In this document: one piece after another, positions 11,755 through 23,367 of the stretch
How positions within the stretch are numbered: position 1 is the first letter of the stretch
How the letters are laid out: each line of letters begins with the position of its first letter
NCBI RefSeq assembly: GCF_006345805.1
Contig: NW_021836289.1
Span: forward strand, 124,001 to 188,000
Source of the DNA: Octopus sinensis
Lineage: Eukaryota
Direction of reading: 5' to 3'
DNA: 64,000 nt
The notes under the pieces: model-generated
The model's input: only the letters and a program-made list of their open reading frames with translations
Told to the model about the DNA's origin: nothing
Databases searched by the model: none
Translations under genes and position numbers: made by a program

Positions 11755-12050
11755 TCTATAAATATGTACAAAAACCGACGTGACATTGACCACAAACGAG
11801 TGGTTGAGGGCTTTTTTGATAGAAAATGTCTAAGTCTCCTACGGAAGCCCGGTTTTTACTCAATTCAACCCCTTCAAGTCTGTTTCGAAAAAGAATGTCA
11901 TCGTAAAGAGCAACAGTCAACCCTGCTCCCGTCAAAGGATGTCTTGTGTTGAACGAGTCTCCTCCTTGGATCAGTCCGGGAACTGAAGGAAATGCATTAG
12001 TAGTATTCCTGCAGGGCAATACCATCATATCCGCGTTATTCACAACATCG
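11755..12050 (-). pseudogene. SQLE: Squalene epoxidase (squalene monooxygenase) fragment
   Basis: GDSFNTRHPLTGAGLTVAL matches GDAxNMRHPLTGGGMTVA. HSFVVNV follows after a frameshift. Confidence 0.75.
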
Positions 12051-12087
12051 AGGGACAGCACTGGGGGAGGACGTTTTTATTAAAAAA

Positions 12088-14320
12088 TTATTCAAAATCA
12101 GCAGATGCCCACATTCCAAGTCTATGAGCCTTAGCCTCATCCTGAGCAAGAAAGTAGTCGTGGGCAAACTGTTGAGATATGTGAACACTGACAGAACACA
12201 GTCCTAGTCTGACCATCTCCAACCCAAAGTCCCTCCTCTCCCCTTCTAGAAGAGTGAACATGACAACATAGGTGACTCGGTCAGTCTCCTCCACAATGTC
12301 AACCAGACAGTTATCCTCTGTCTCCTTGGCCATATTCCTCACAACACAGGAAACAAATGTCTGATTGTACTCCACAAAGGCCAGTCTGCATTTCACACAC
12401 AGTGGGGGATAGTCCTGCAAATGTGTGGGCAGACTACGCACATGACTGGACATGGGCAAGTCCATCTGCTAACAATACACCCACAACCAAGACATAGCCA
12501 TAGTCGATGAAATACAGTCGCATTTCATTTGTCGACTGGTCGACCGACTCGACTCTCGTTCGGTACCAATTCAAGTCACATCTGGCCCTCACAACACACA
12601 GAGAGTTGATTGTGAGTTGAGCAAGAGGGAGGAAAAAGAACTTGCTCTTGTCAATGGGGTTCAACTCTCTCATGGTCTCCTCAATCACCGTCACTACAAC
12701 ACTCACAGAGAATGGTCACAATTCGTCACTCTCTGCAGATAGAATTCGTCCTCCTTTATGTACGACAGACACATTTCCAACATCCTTCTGTCCGCCTGCT
12801 TCGGGGAATCTTCCCAGATCTGGTTATATAAGTGAGAGGACATTTAGTTGCTTCATTCTGGCCACTCTTTGGGCATTCCTCATGTCCTCGTCTTTATCGG
12901 AGCCTGCAGTGAGGAAAGCCAGTCCATTCTCCACCAAAGACATGGCCAGTCCCCTCCCTTCCACGCTCACCCAACCAATAAGGAATCCATAATTATCCAC
13001 CCTAACCACCCTCACGTCCACCTCCTTATTCGTCACCAAATTCCTGACAAACTCGACCCCCCTCATCCTCACACAGTCCGGGGATTTGGGACACCTCACT
13101 CCGTCCAGCAACAATTTGACTCGGTAGTGGTCCCTCACTGTGAGAATGGTCAGACTGGATCCGTAAATGACATGTTCTATCCACGCCTTGAACCACCCCA
13201 TCTTCTCAAACCGCGGAAACAGTGATTTGACCTCAAAAATGTCCTACCAATTGCCCACCCATAACAACATGTGTCAAATCGATCAATTTATCAGTCACAC
13301 TCCACATTCCTAGCTGGGAGTCTCTGCCTATTCTGTGGGTCACACAGAAAATGTACTTCTGTGCTTGGGAGTACTCTGGGTGGGCTGGAGATAGCGATTC
13401 AGCCAGTCCTTTCTGGAGGAGGCTGATGGCTACATCACTTTTCTAAAATAAATATGCCACTGTGACACATTTAGCAAAACAGTGGCAAGAAAAGTGCCAT
13501 TTTTGGTAATCCGAGCAAAGCGGACAGTCACCTTCCTCTGCAAAAGACGAGCGACCATACACGCCTTGGCTTGTTCCTCCCACTCAGTACAAAACCAGTA
13601 CATTCAACAGTCGGGGACTACACACACGTATTCCGTGGAGAGTGACATAAACATACTGCCAGTCCTCTAACAACAGAATTCTCATTTTGGATTCATTCAC
13701 GACGTGTTCAACCAAGCCTACCAATCAGGCCAAATCAGACCAGAACAGTCCCTTCCTTGTCTGGCCAGCAAGAAGGACTGACTGTCCTCCACCACCCACA
13801 GTACTCGCCTCACAATCGCCTGGGAGAGACCCCCCCAGCGACCTCGTCCGGCTTGTCTGGCCTCCTCCTGACAGGCCAGCATCGCCCTGTACTCCCCACT
13901 GCCATATTAACACACATCACCAGTCGGCCGCCTTCCCGACCAGTCGACGGACTGATGACAGGCCAGACAGGACCACTCGTTGGTTGATGCTCTGCCCACC
14001 TCCCAGGTGGAGGGTCACCAGTTCTGTCTCCTGCAGTCCTCCCTCCCGTTTGACGGACACTCGTTTATTCAGACTGAGGGATCGAAGGAATTCACGTGCT
14101 TCCCAGGCAAAGGGCTCGTCTGGCTGGAATGATTTGAGAACTCACTGAATTGGTCGATTCTATGGCCAGTTTAGGGGAGATGACGTTGTATAATAATACT
14201 TTCCAAGGGACAGCACTGGGGGAGGACGTTTCTTGGAGGATTACTGTATTTCCGCTTAATACCTACCCCTATTAGACACGTAACCACTTGCTTCACAACA
14301 AGGTAGGTGTGTTTATTCAT
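12088..14320 (-). CDS. SND1: Tudor staphylococcal nuclease (Tudor-SN), multi-exon, apparently with one fewer SN repeat
   Basis: VKQ|VLSGNTVIL, PDEPFAWEAREFLR, VEHVVNESKMRILL, RLLQRKV, IEHVIYGSSL, FLIGWV, Tudor NWYRTRVE..YFIDYGY, C-terminal GMW. The frame is restored by 19-26 nt GT-AG introns. Confidence 0.85.
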
Positions 14321-14388
14321 ATTAATTTATTTAAAATTAATTGTTTTAACTATTAAATAAATAAAATATTAAAAACATAATTGTTGTG
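14321..14388. promoter_or_regulatory. Putative bidirectional promoter (68 bp, nearly pure AT) between SND1 and MED18 start codons
   Basis: Divergent ATGs at 14320 (-) and 14389 (+). Promoter function is inferred from geometry only. Confidence 0.6.
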
Positions 14389-15094
14389 ATGGATATCAAC
14401 TACATACAAGGACAAGAGGAAGGAGACCAGAAAATGAACAACCTCTACGTCTCCTATGGCACAGTCTACTCAGCAGCCAAAAACGCCTTGCTGACCCGCC
14501 TGTCCCTCCTCTGCGGGGTCAGTCAAGGCCCCCAGGACTTCAAAAACACAGTCTCGACATACCTCCAAAGTACCCCACCCCCACCACACAGGAAACCCCA
14601 ACTCCCAAGACCGTCTCCTCACCGTGAGACGAAAAACCGACAGTGCGGAAAACGTGTGCTACGTCATCCATCACGGAATCGCGGATTCCCTGCCCGACAT
14701 GCCCCACGTGATGTCCCGGTCGATCACGCAATGTCGAGGGGACCTAAAAATAGTCAAATTCCTGGAGGAAATTGGATTTGAGTATTCACGGAGGTTAATC
14801 CGCAGACACACGGCGGACTACATCACGGAAGGACAGGTCGTGTGGTGGGGGACTGTCAAAATATCCATCTACCGGATTATCCCCGTTGGTCCCCCTCTCT
14901 AAGAGTAGTCCAAGTCTCACTCCCTTCATGATTTCACCGAGTCTGTGGTGGTGGAGATCTCCGTGGTGGGGGAGGAGGATGCCTGTGGGGTGCTCAAACA
15001 TGTGATCGACGGCCTCTCTCCGTGTGTGAGTGTTGTGTATTCTAGACTGGTCGATTTTTATAACTTTGGGAAGGATTCGTTCATGTTTGGATAG
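14389..15094 (+). CDS. MED18: Mediator subunit 18, five exons
   Basis: Spliced product LLTRLSLLCG...FLEEIGFEHTADYITEGQVVWWGTVKISIYRI...VVVEISVV...GLSPLVDF parallels MED18 LIHRLRGLCD...FLMEMGF..EFVAKG..KGIMKIMVYKI..LVELSVV..QLKPLV. Confidence 0.7.
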
Positions 15095-15145
15095 TTTTAA
15101 TGACTATTTATATTCACAAAATGCAGACAAATTTGCTTAGTTATG

Positions 15146-15770
15146 TCATTTTCTTTTTAGGAATTGTTTTAATTCGTTTTCTTCATTGCCCACGTAGGTG
15201 TCACGTGGGAGTGTTGTGAGGGAAAAGTAGTGGTAGCTCTTTGTGGTAGAGTTGTCCTCTCTTTTGATCTTCCGGGGGACCACAAAGGGGAGGTCCGTGA
15301 AGGCATAACTGAGCCTCTTCTCTGGCTTGAACTCAAAATTCTCCTCAGCCACACTCCCACGAGAAGAACACTCGGACAGGTGGAGAGTGAAGGCCGAGGT
15401 GTCCTCACTCAGAGAGGTCTCTGACGATTTGGGTGAGTCGGGTGGCTGGGTGACCGCCTTTGATCTATGAATGGTGAGAGGGGAGGACAGTTCTTCCAGT
15501 CTGCGAGTCTGTGACCTCGTCTGCACGTGGGAATCCCGCCCGTCGTCTGCACTCTCAGGACACCCAAACCCTGGAGGTGTTTGAGCAGCCAAATGTAGCT
15601 CTCGATGATGTCCTTTAGTGACGTGAGGGCGGGAAACTCGTCCTCCGACACTACCGAGAGTGACTGGCACTCTGTTTTGAATGTTCGACACGTTTTTTTG
15701 CAGTCTATTTCGTGGAGGTAGTCAGAATAGGGGTATTTAGTTATATTATACCCAATACTAGTTGTGCCAT
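15146..15770 (-). CDS. Hypothetical Ser-rich protein, convergent with MED18
   Basis: Long open frame 15146-15691 plus a candidate upstream exon and GT-AG micro-introns. No family recognised. Confidence 0.4.
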
Positions 15771-16859
15771 TTTGTTATTGGAGACCATTTCCTAGGGGTT
15801 ATTGGGGCATGGTAACTAGTGTGATAGGGAAAATGCGACCGCAATTCGGAAGGTCATTTTATTCAAATGTTCAAATCAAGATTTAAATAAATTAATTACA
15901 GTTTAATAAATATCAATATTTCTTTGTTCTAATATTTTGTGTATATTTATTAAGATTTTGAATATTTTTCATAAAAAATTATTTTTCAAGAGGATAATTC
16001 AGCAGATTTATGTTAACTGAAGAATCAAAACCAGATTTTTAAGTGTAAATCGAGTTGTTTGTCTACAATTCAAATAATTATTTCAAAATTTTAGTTTTTT
16101 GGAAAAAAAGATTTTGGGTTAGACATTTTGAAATGAAACAATCAATGAGCCTCTTTTCTATTTTTGTTTTTTAATTTCGGCCTTGACCGGCAAGACCGAC
16201 GTTAGAAAGAAGCATCATTTTGAAAGTTTGTTGACCAAAACGTGTCGGAACAAGTGTTTTCCAGACAAGAAATGCGTCGTGCCGTTTTCTGTCTTGAGGT
16301 CTAAGTTGATAAGTTCCAGCTGAGTTCAAAAATAGACACCAAACTGGAATATAATATGTAATTAGAACTGCAATTAGGAAATACAAGCCTTCTTAGAATA
16401 TTTGTCATACTTTTCAAATCCAGTATAACACAAACTGTCTTTCTATTTACAAAACTAAGTCACGATGATAACACAACACGCTTGGGGTCAATGTTGGCAT
16501 TCATTTTCACAAAATGAGATCTTAAAACCCCACCAATTAGCAGTAGCTGAGAGTAATCAATGTCGGGGCACCAGTTCATTTGTTAGAGAATGATACAGTA
16601 AAATCTCTCGTGTCCATAATTCTGTAAAACCGCAGCAAAAATATATTTTAAATGGAAAAATGAGATATCCTAAAAAAGATGACAAAAAATGGGGATGTTC
16701 TCAATTTGTTGAGTAGGCAGTTATGAAAAACAGAATCCTGGATTTGTCTTTTCTGTTTTGCACCTCTTAGACTTGAACTTTTGAGCACTCTTCAAAAAAC
16801 ATAGGTCTTTGGCTACTGGGATTAAAATGAATCTAAAATACCGTCTTGAACGCATTATT

Positions 16860-17340
16860 AAGGATTTAATTGATCAGCCTTGACCGCCCTCGCTTGAAGG
16901 AGAGGAATGGGTCAGAGAAGAAGCCCGTAAATTTTATAGTGGGGTACCTCTGGGGAACTCTCAGGGTTATTTTCAACGACGACATACACCTGCGAATCAC
17001 TCAAATGAAGAGTCCTCCTTTGCCAAGGAAGTGTTTGAGCATCCGGCTCCTTTTCCTTAACCATTTGAATAACTCTGATTAACTCCTCCGCTACAAATGA
17101 CACCCCTACTGGGCAAACGAGTCGTCATAGTAGAACTAAGTCTCCTCTTCTCTTCATACAAATACCCTTTTAAGAGTCCCCTGTCCTCGGACAACTCACA
17201 AAACACATCAAAACATCTTTTTTGAAGAGTCCCATGTCCTCGAACTCGCTGGAATAAGTTAAAGACACAGCTTCTTAGGCATTGGTCGACTATTCCCTCC
17301 CGGAGCCTCCTTCTTTTTGCCAGGAGTGACCACATATTCC
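16860..17340 (-). other. Unassigned coding-like fragment, broken at its 5' side by a CRE relic
   Basis: Consecutive ORFs 17057-17335 and 16912-17103 are joinable by a short GT-AG intron. Gene-like composition. Confidence 0.3.
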
Positions 17341-17354
17341 GTAATTAGATTGTT

Positions 17355-17720
17355 AATTTCAGTGTGCCGGGGAAATCGGCCGGCACTCATTCTACAAAAC
17401 AGAGCCCAAAGGCGTTAACTTTAGCTCCACAACGGCAGGGGTGAGGTTTGCAGACAGGAAGTCCAAAGAGATTGCAGATACCCAAACGGAGTGAATCCCT
17501 ATCGAGGACAGTATCCAAAAGCGGAGAAGGGATTACATTAAGCTAGGAATCTGAGTATGGCTGACAGGCGGAACGGAAACAAGCCAGTCTGTGTTGGTCG
17601 AGAAGCGGTTCCAAGTCATCTGAAGATCAGACTTTTTCCCGAATATATTTGTTTTGAAACTCAATTGAATCAATTTGGAAACATGTTATGTCGCCATTGC
17701 CGTCATTAAAAATATCCGAT
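17355..17720 (-). mobile_element. Decayed CRE fragment (post-RT/zinc-knuckle region)
   Basis: HRLACFRSACQPYSDS*LNVIPSP...LRLGICNLFGLPVCKPHPCRCGAKVN, then AGRFPRH. Confidence 0.75.
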
Positions 17721-17829
17721 TTGACAAGGCGGTAGTTGTGGGTTTTTTTGTAGTTAATCCCGAAATGGGCTGCTGTTTCTGATAGCTGCTAGTCTCTATG
17801 TCTGAGCGGGGTTATGCAAAAACTACAAC

Positions 17830-18470
17830 AAATAGGATAAACCCCTCTAAACTGACTCTTCGGTATATCGGAATTCCCTTAAAACCGGACTAAACTTCTG
17901 GTCCCGATTCACCTCATAGACCATCATTTCTATTTTATCTTCAATATTTTATTTCGAATACCGGCTGTATTATTTGATCCGACTTGAATTTTCTTTTATC
18001 ATAAACCGGCATTTTACACATGGATTAATTTTTTTAAGAATAAATTTGAAAAAAATCTCGTACTATATCAAAAGCAATTAGTCAATTCTGTATTTTTATA
18101 TGAAAGCCATGCTGACTTTTTATCGAAAATTTCATCTAATGATCTCAAAGATGAAAAAATCAGAAATTTTAAACTAGTTGATGTAATACCATTGATAATT
18201 GAAGCGTGGTATGAAATTAAAATAACAGTAACGAATTGCATTGAAAAAGCATTTAACAATTGGGCAATCAGGACACTCCAGATGACTCTACTTTTAAGGA
18301 AGACTCTCCGGTTTCAGATGATAATGAAAATTGTACCTATAAAATTTGCAACAACAATGATGAAGAATTTTTGAGAACAATTGAGTTCTATAAAGATAAG
18401 GATTAAGAGAATGAAAAATGATGAAGATATAGAGAAAATTAATTTCTGTGATGCAATGTGTGCAACGAAA
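17830..18470 (+). mobile_element. Degraded Tigger-like relic
   Basis: Tigger-like left end and the C-terminal remnant KLVDVIPLIIEAWYEIKITVTNCIEKAF. Confidence 0.5.
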
Positions 18471-18762
18471 GTTATTTAAAATTTTAGGCTAAAAATACAA
18501 TCCACTGTATTGCGAAAAACTTGACAAAAAACCGAAAACTAAAAGATGATACCTTCGATAAAAATTACGTTAAAAATTGTTTTTAAATAAGAAAATTCAG
18601 ATAAAAATCCAAACACAAACATTTCTCGCAAAGAAAATGCAAGAGACTACTAAAACTTAACTTCTTGGCAAAATGGACAAAAAATTTCAGACTAACTTTC
18701 TTTGAATATTAACTCGAAATGGCCACAGAAATAAAGATCAGTCTCAAATAAGATTTATTTAT

Positions 18763-20105
18763 TGTCACCGTCCAGACCGGCCGGGGCGCCAGATCGGTCA
18801 GGTCAATTATCTAAATACAAAACAAATATTTTTCCTACAAAACATTTCATTGCAAAAAAATATTGATAATAAAAAATAAAATCTTATTAATAAAAAAGTT
18901 CTAAAAAGTTGAAAAGATTAGCATTAATCAATGGTTTTAGTTGAATTAACTCGAGACACCCTCGAAAAAATTAGGGAGTATTTGGAATCAGGCCACCTTT
19001 ATGATTCCTTGAGTTCAGAAGAAAGGGCACGAATACGGAGATATGCCAAAAAATTTAGTTTCAAGGAGAACAACACCTACATTTCTAAAAATGGCTCAAA
19101 GTTGCGTTTTTTTGTATCGAAGACACTGAACTTAAGTTAAAATTCATTGAAGTAGTGTATTTGTTTATTTAAATTAGGCTCCACGAGTGCATCAAATGGA
19201 AATTTTGGATGCTATAAAACATGCGTGAAGAAAATAGCAAGAGACTACAATAAATCCGTCCACGAAACAACAAAACAAAGGCCTTTTGACCTCTTGTTCG
19301 GAACTGATTTGGAGAAACCAAATAAAAAACTAACAAATTCTGAGGTCGTGAAAAAAGGAACAAAGCCCTTGAAAATATTGTAAAATCGGGAGAAAAAATG
19401 AAAAGGCGGAGAAAATGGAAATATGACGAAGTTGAAAGTGGCGATGAAATTTTAATACGCCATGATGGGGATGCAAACCCGGGTTATAGAAAATACCCAT
19501 TATACGACGAGATATCTGCACAAAAATATATTGTGAAAAATAGGGATCGAGAACTCGTAACGATAATTAATGAAGAGGATGAAAAAGATCAAAGGATACA
19601 TATTAGCAGAGTAAAAAAAATTTAACTGCAAATATTCATGGGGTTCGTTCTGTGTTTTTTCTCGTGTCATATTTACTTAATTGTGAAATAATTGTGCCAT
19701 TGTTACAAATTCGACGCGGCCGAAGGCCGCATAGGGAAAAATATTCACATTGAATCATCCGGCCGTAGGCCGGATTGTATTTTAGAGTTTTAATGATAAA
19801 AATAGAAATTTACAACATTTTTAAAAATTAAAAATGGATTTTTCTAATAAACTTTATTGTTGAGAATTGTTTGGCTAACCTTGGTTAAAGCGTTTTTAAA
19901 TAAAATGCAAAATCAATACGGTAATTATCCGGAAATGACTGCATGTTGTTTTTTTATGAACTCAGTAACTTCAATATTTTGGCAAAAATAATATTAAAAT
20001 CAACAAAAGAATGAACAGAAAAAGAAAATAACTTCCGAAAGGTAGTTTTTATTAAAAATTTTATACATAACCGATCTGGCGCCCCGACCTATCTGGACGG
20101 TGACA
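18763..20105 (+). mobile_element. Internally deleted Ginger (Ginger2/TDD-like) DNA transposon
   Basis: ~35-bp TIRs TGTCACCGTCCAGA..GG.CGGGGCGCCAGATCGG with TGT..ACA ends and a TTTAT flank on both sides. Remnants YLESGHLYDSLSSEERARIRRYAKKF, YNKSVHETTKQRPFDLLFG and IHISRVKK. Confidence 0.75.
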
Positions 20106-20189
20106 TTTATTTTATTTATTCATAAACCGTTCAGTAAAACTGAAGATAGACTTATCAGCCTTCCGCTGTAGGTTCGAGATCGTTTGCAG

Positions 20190-21170
20190 ATTTGTTTTGA
20201 TATATAATCCCCAGGCAATACAAACATAACCAATCCGGCGTAGAATTTCATGAGTTTACTCAATTCAGGTTGACTTTTCTGTTCGGAGTCTGTTCAATAG
20301 TTGGCGGGTCTGAACTTTTTGAGAGCGTTCCACATGCGTTGGGAAGATTTTTCATTTCTAAGCGATTTGATTTGTTTTTCCCATCTTCTTCTTTGGGATA
20401 CTTTCAGTTTCTTAGTGATTGTATCATTTAGGTTCTTTATTTCTTTTCTTCCTCCGGGAATAGAAATTGGATTCTTTTTAAGAAAGTTTCTTTTCCTGAT
20501 AAGGATTTTGTCTCCTGGTCGAGATTTTCTTCAAAGTATGGTAAGTGCATTTTGGGATAAATAGTTTTCTACTCAGCAAGATCGCCTCATTTAGGTACTT
20601 GACAGCTCCGTCGATTGATTTGAACAGTTTAGTATCAAAGTTTTGCAGCATTGCGTCGGTGAAGTTAGCATATCCCTCCCAGTTTGCGTTCTTGTAATTG
20701 AAAAATGACATAGCTTTGTTCGTACGGGGAAGGGCTTTTTTGATCATGATTGGATTGTGATCTGAATTAAGATCGTAGTCTACTGCCCTGAGGATTAGTT
20801 AGTTGAGGATAGTGTAATGTCCGGAGATGTAAAGCGTTCGGTATCCTTATAAGGTGTCCTAGTGTGGGTCTTCGGATTGTTAAGGAAAGACATGGCAGAG
20901 GGTTGTTCCAATAGAGACCATCCTCTTGCCCGTTGGGATTTAAGCCAAGTCGGATGCTTTGCGTTCAAGTCTCCGCAAATTAAAAGGTTCTTTAAATTGG
21001 ATAGCTTTGAGAAGTTTGGATTGAATCCCTTTGGACAAGACTGAGGGGGTGGAACATATATGTTGGCAATAGTGGTCTTTCCAAATTTAGTATTCAACGT
21101 AATTCCAGATATTTCTGATACGCCGTCCTGAATTGTTGCCTTGAGGTCATCCGTGGAGTCTGTATAGTGC
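20190..21170 (-). mobile_element. Second, decayed Ingi/Vingi-like LINE (APE and linker)
   Basis: IANIYVPPPQSCP..LLICGDLNAKHPTW..THTRTP..SPDITL and FFNYKNANWEGY are homologous to the 1952-4045 element. Confidence 0.8.
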
Positions 21171-21619
21171 AAAAAATTAAACTGGATTTTTATAGATAAA
21201 ATTTTGTTTCCTAAAACTCGCAACAGCCGTTTTTAGACATTAAATGTTACAAAAATTAGACAAAATTTATTGTTTCATATCGAATTGGAGTCTAAAAAGC
21301 GCAGGAAACTAACACCTTTTTCGCTACTTTCGTTTAATGTCAGAGGAATCGCTAAATCTTGGAAAAAAACAGCATTCTGAAAAAATACAAAGTCTCTGTT
21401 GGATGTTTACAGGAGACAAAACTGCATGGGGAGATTTTGAAAATATGACTAAATAGTTTATAAATTCTTTCATTATTTCATACAGTAAGTTATATAAAAA
21501 TGTGCGGCGATAGTATTCAACTCTAAATTGCATTTACACAGTAAAACAAAAATCTATATATTTTCTTCCGTTCAAACTGAAATAAAAAATATTTTATCTT
21601 CATTAATTTGACAAAAAAT

Positions 21620-21686
21620 GTGCGGCCCCTATAACTAAAAAATTTGATTTGTGCGGCCCTTGGCTCAAAATTCTTGAGAACCGCTG
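21620..21686. mobile_element. Buster/Charlie-type hAT end
   Basis: Reverse complement reads CAGCGGTTCTCAA with subterminal GGGCCGCACA repeats. Flank ATCTAGGA has a central TA. Confidence 0.55.
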
Positions 21687-23367
21687 ATCTAGGATATTTG
21701 ATTAAATTGCCATTGCTGATTTGTTAATAAAAATTAATTCTAGTTTTCGTCGGGGGTATTTAAATCATACGTCACTTTTGTATCTGAACCAAGAACAACC
21801 CCTCCCACATAGGGTATAGTTAACAATGTTGTGAAACTTGTAGGATTCTAAATCAAAATTATGAAATTCTAAGCAATCATTCGAAGCATAGTTATCAACT
21901 GAGTACGCTAAAATATTCATAAACGACTACAGCTTCAAGGACGACACAGTCTAGGGGTGATTGAGAGGAAAGGAGGGAGGGTGGTCAGTGAGGACTTGTA
22001 TGATCTGAGTGTGTTTATGTGTGATTGGTATATTCCGACGGTCAATTCATTCGGGATTGAGGAGGAGATGAGAAGTAGGACGAGGGGATGTGTAGTTGTC
22101 AGTTCAAGTTCTCACATTGGGAGGTTGTGGGGGAGGGGCGTGGAGATGATCGACTGGGTGATAAAGTTGTGAAGGAAGTTCGGCTGAGGAAGGGATTGGT
22201 TACTCAGGAATAGATTGTTGGGGATCCTAATAAGCAGAGGACGTTGGCTAGGAAAAAATAATTTACTATTTTGTATTCTTCAGTATAATTAGATGCAAGT
22301 GTGCTAATTATGAATAATAGTATAAATATAGCGGTTAAATCAAACAAAATCTACGTAACTTTCGCGGATTGAAAAAGGACCCAGTATTTTCTAGAGTTTG
22401 TAAACTCTGGCATGGATCCATATTGGGCATTCCATCTAACACCTCACGCCAATGGGAATGGGATGATGTCTACAGTAAAGCTATAGTGGAAACACTCAGA
22501 CCTATATTGGATCAGCCGCACCCCACTCGTTTCGGTGGACCTGCTAGACCTGAAAATAATGCACCCCTCTTTTAGTCTGGAAGTTTTCTCGATAATAACT
22601 ATGTAAGAATTGGCGAGCAATGTGTATGCGAATTAATGCTTGTTTGGTGATCAACGCCGATGTAGTGCGTATCTTAATGTACCCCTCTTTTAGTCTGGAA
22701 AATAAAATATGCCATCAAAGTCTAAGCCCCGTTTCGTGTAACGATGATATTACTAGAATAGCACGCCATTAAGCAACACTGAACACGCTCAACTTGTACA
22801 CAAAGCATCTTGGCAAGTCAGAGGAACTTAATGAATATTGGGATAACTCTCTCAATGCGACGGGGACTTTACCCGAGATAGTTTAAGCAATAAGCTTAGG
22901 AGTAACCTCGTATCAACACTATGGTGACTTTCTAAGAATGGAGGAAAATATAAATATAGCTATAATCTATAAATTTTATATTTCATTATAAATTATTAAG
23001 TGCGTTTAATTAGATTTGCTTAATACTAAATTATCTATATTTAGAAAATCAAGAATAAATTTACAAAAAAATATTATCAAAGTTATAAATGTTTGAGTTG
23101 CAATTAACAAGAACAATAAAAAAAACTAATATTCAAAGACTCAAACATTGCCATTCCACCTCCTGACAAGATGGGGGTTCTGGGTTAAGGTCACTACATA
23201 CTATTTAGAAAATCTGATCGGAGTTCAAATATTTTCGAATCATTCGCGGATGATGGATATCTAGTTCGAACAGCTAAGGAAATTCTCAACAACCATGTGT
23301 TAGTTAGCAGTGTGACCTCTTCCGAAGTTATTCGAACATTTCGGCAAACCACAAATGTCGCCACAAA

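Noticed and set aside
16171-16640. Possible small gene (NELVPRH resembles RPB5)
   Set aside because: Similarity does not extend beyond a few residues and stops intervene.
22250-22950. Possible rRNA-like fragments
   Set aside because: Only short, vague resemblance; no conserved rRNA core motif could be matched.
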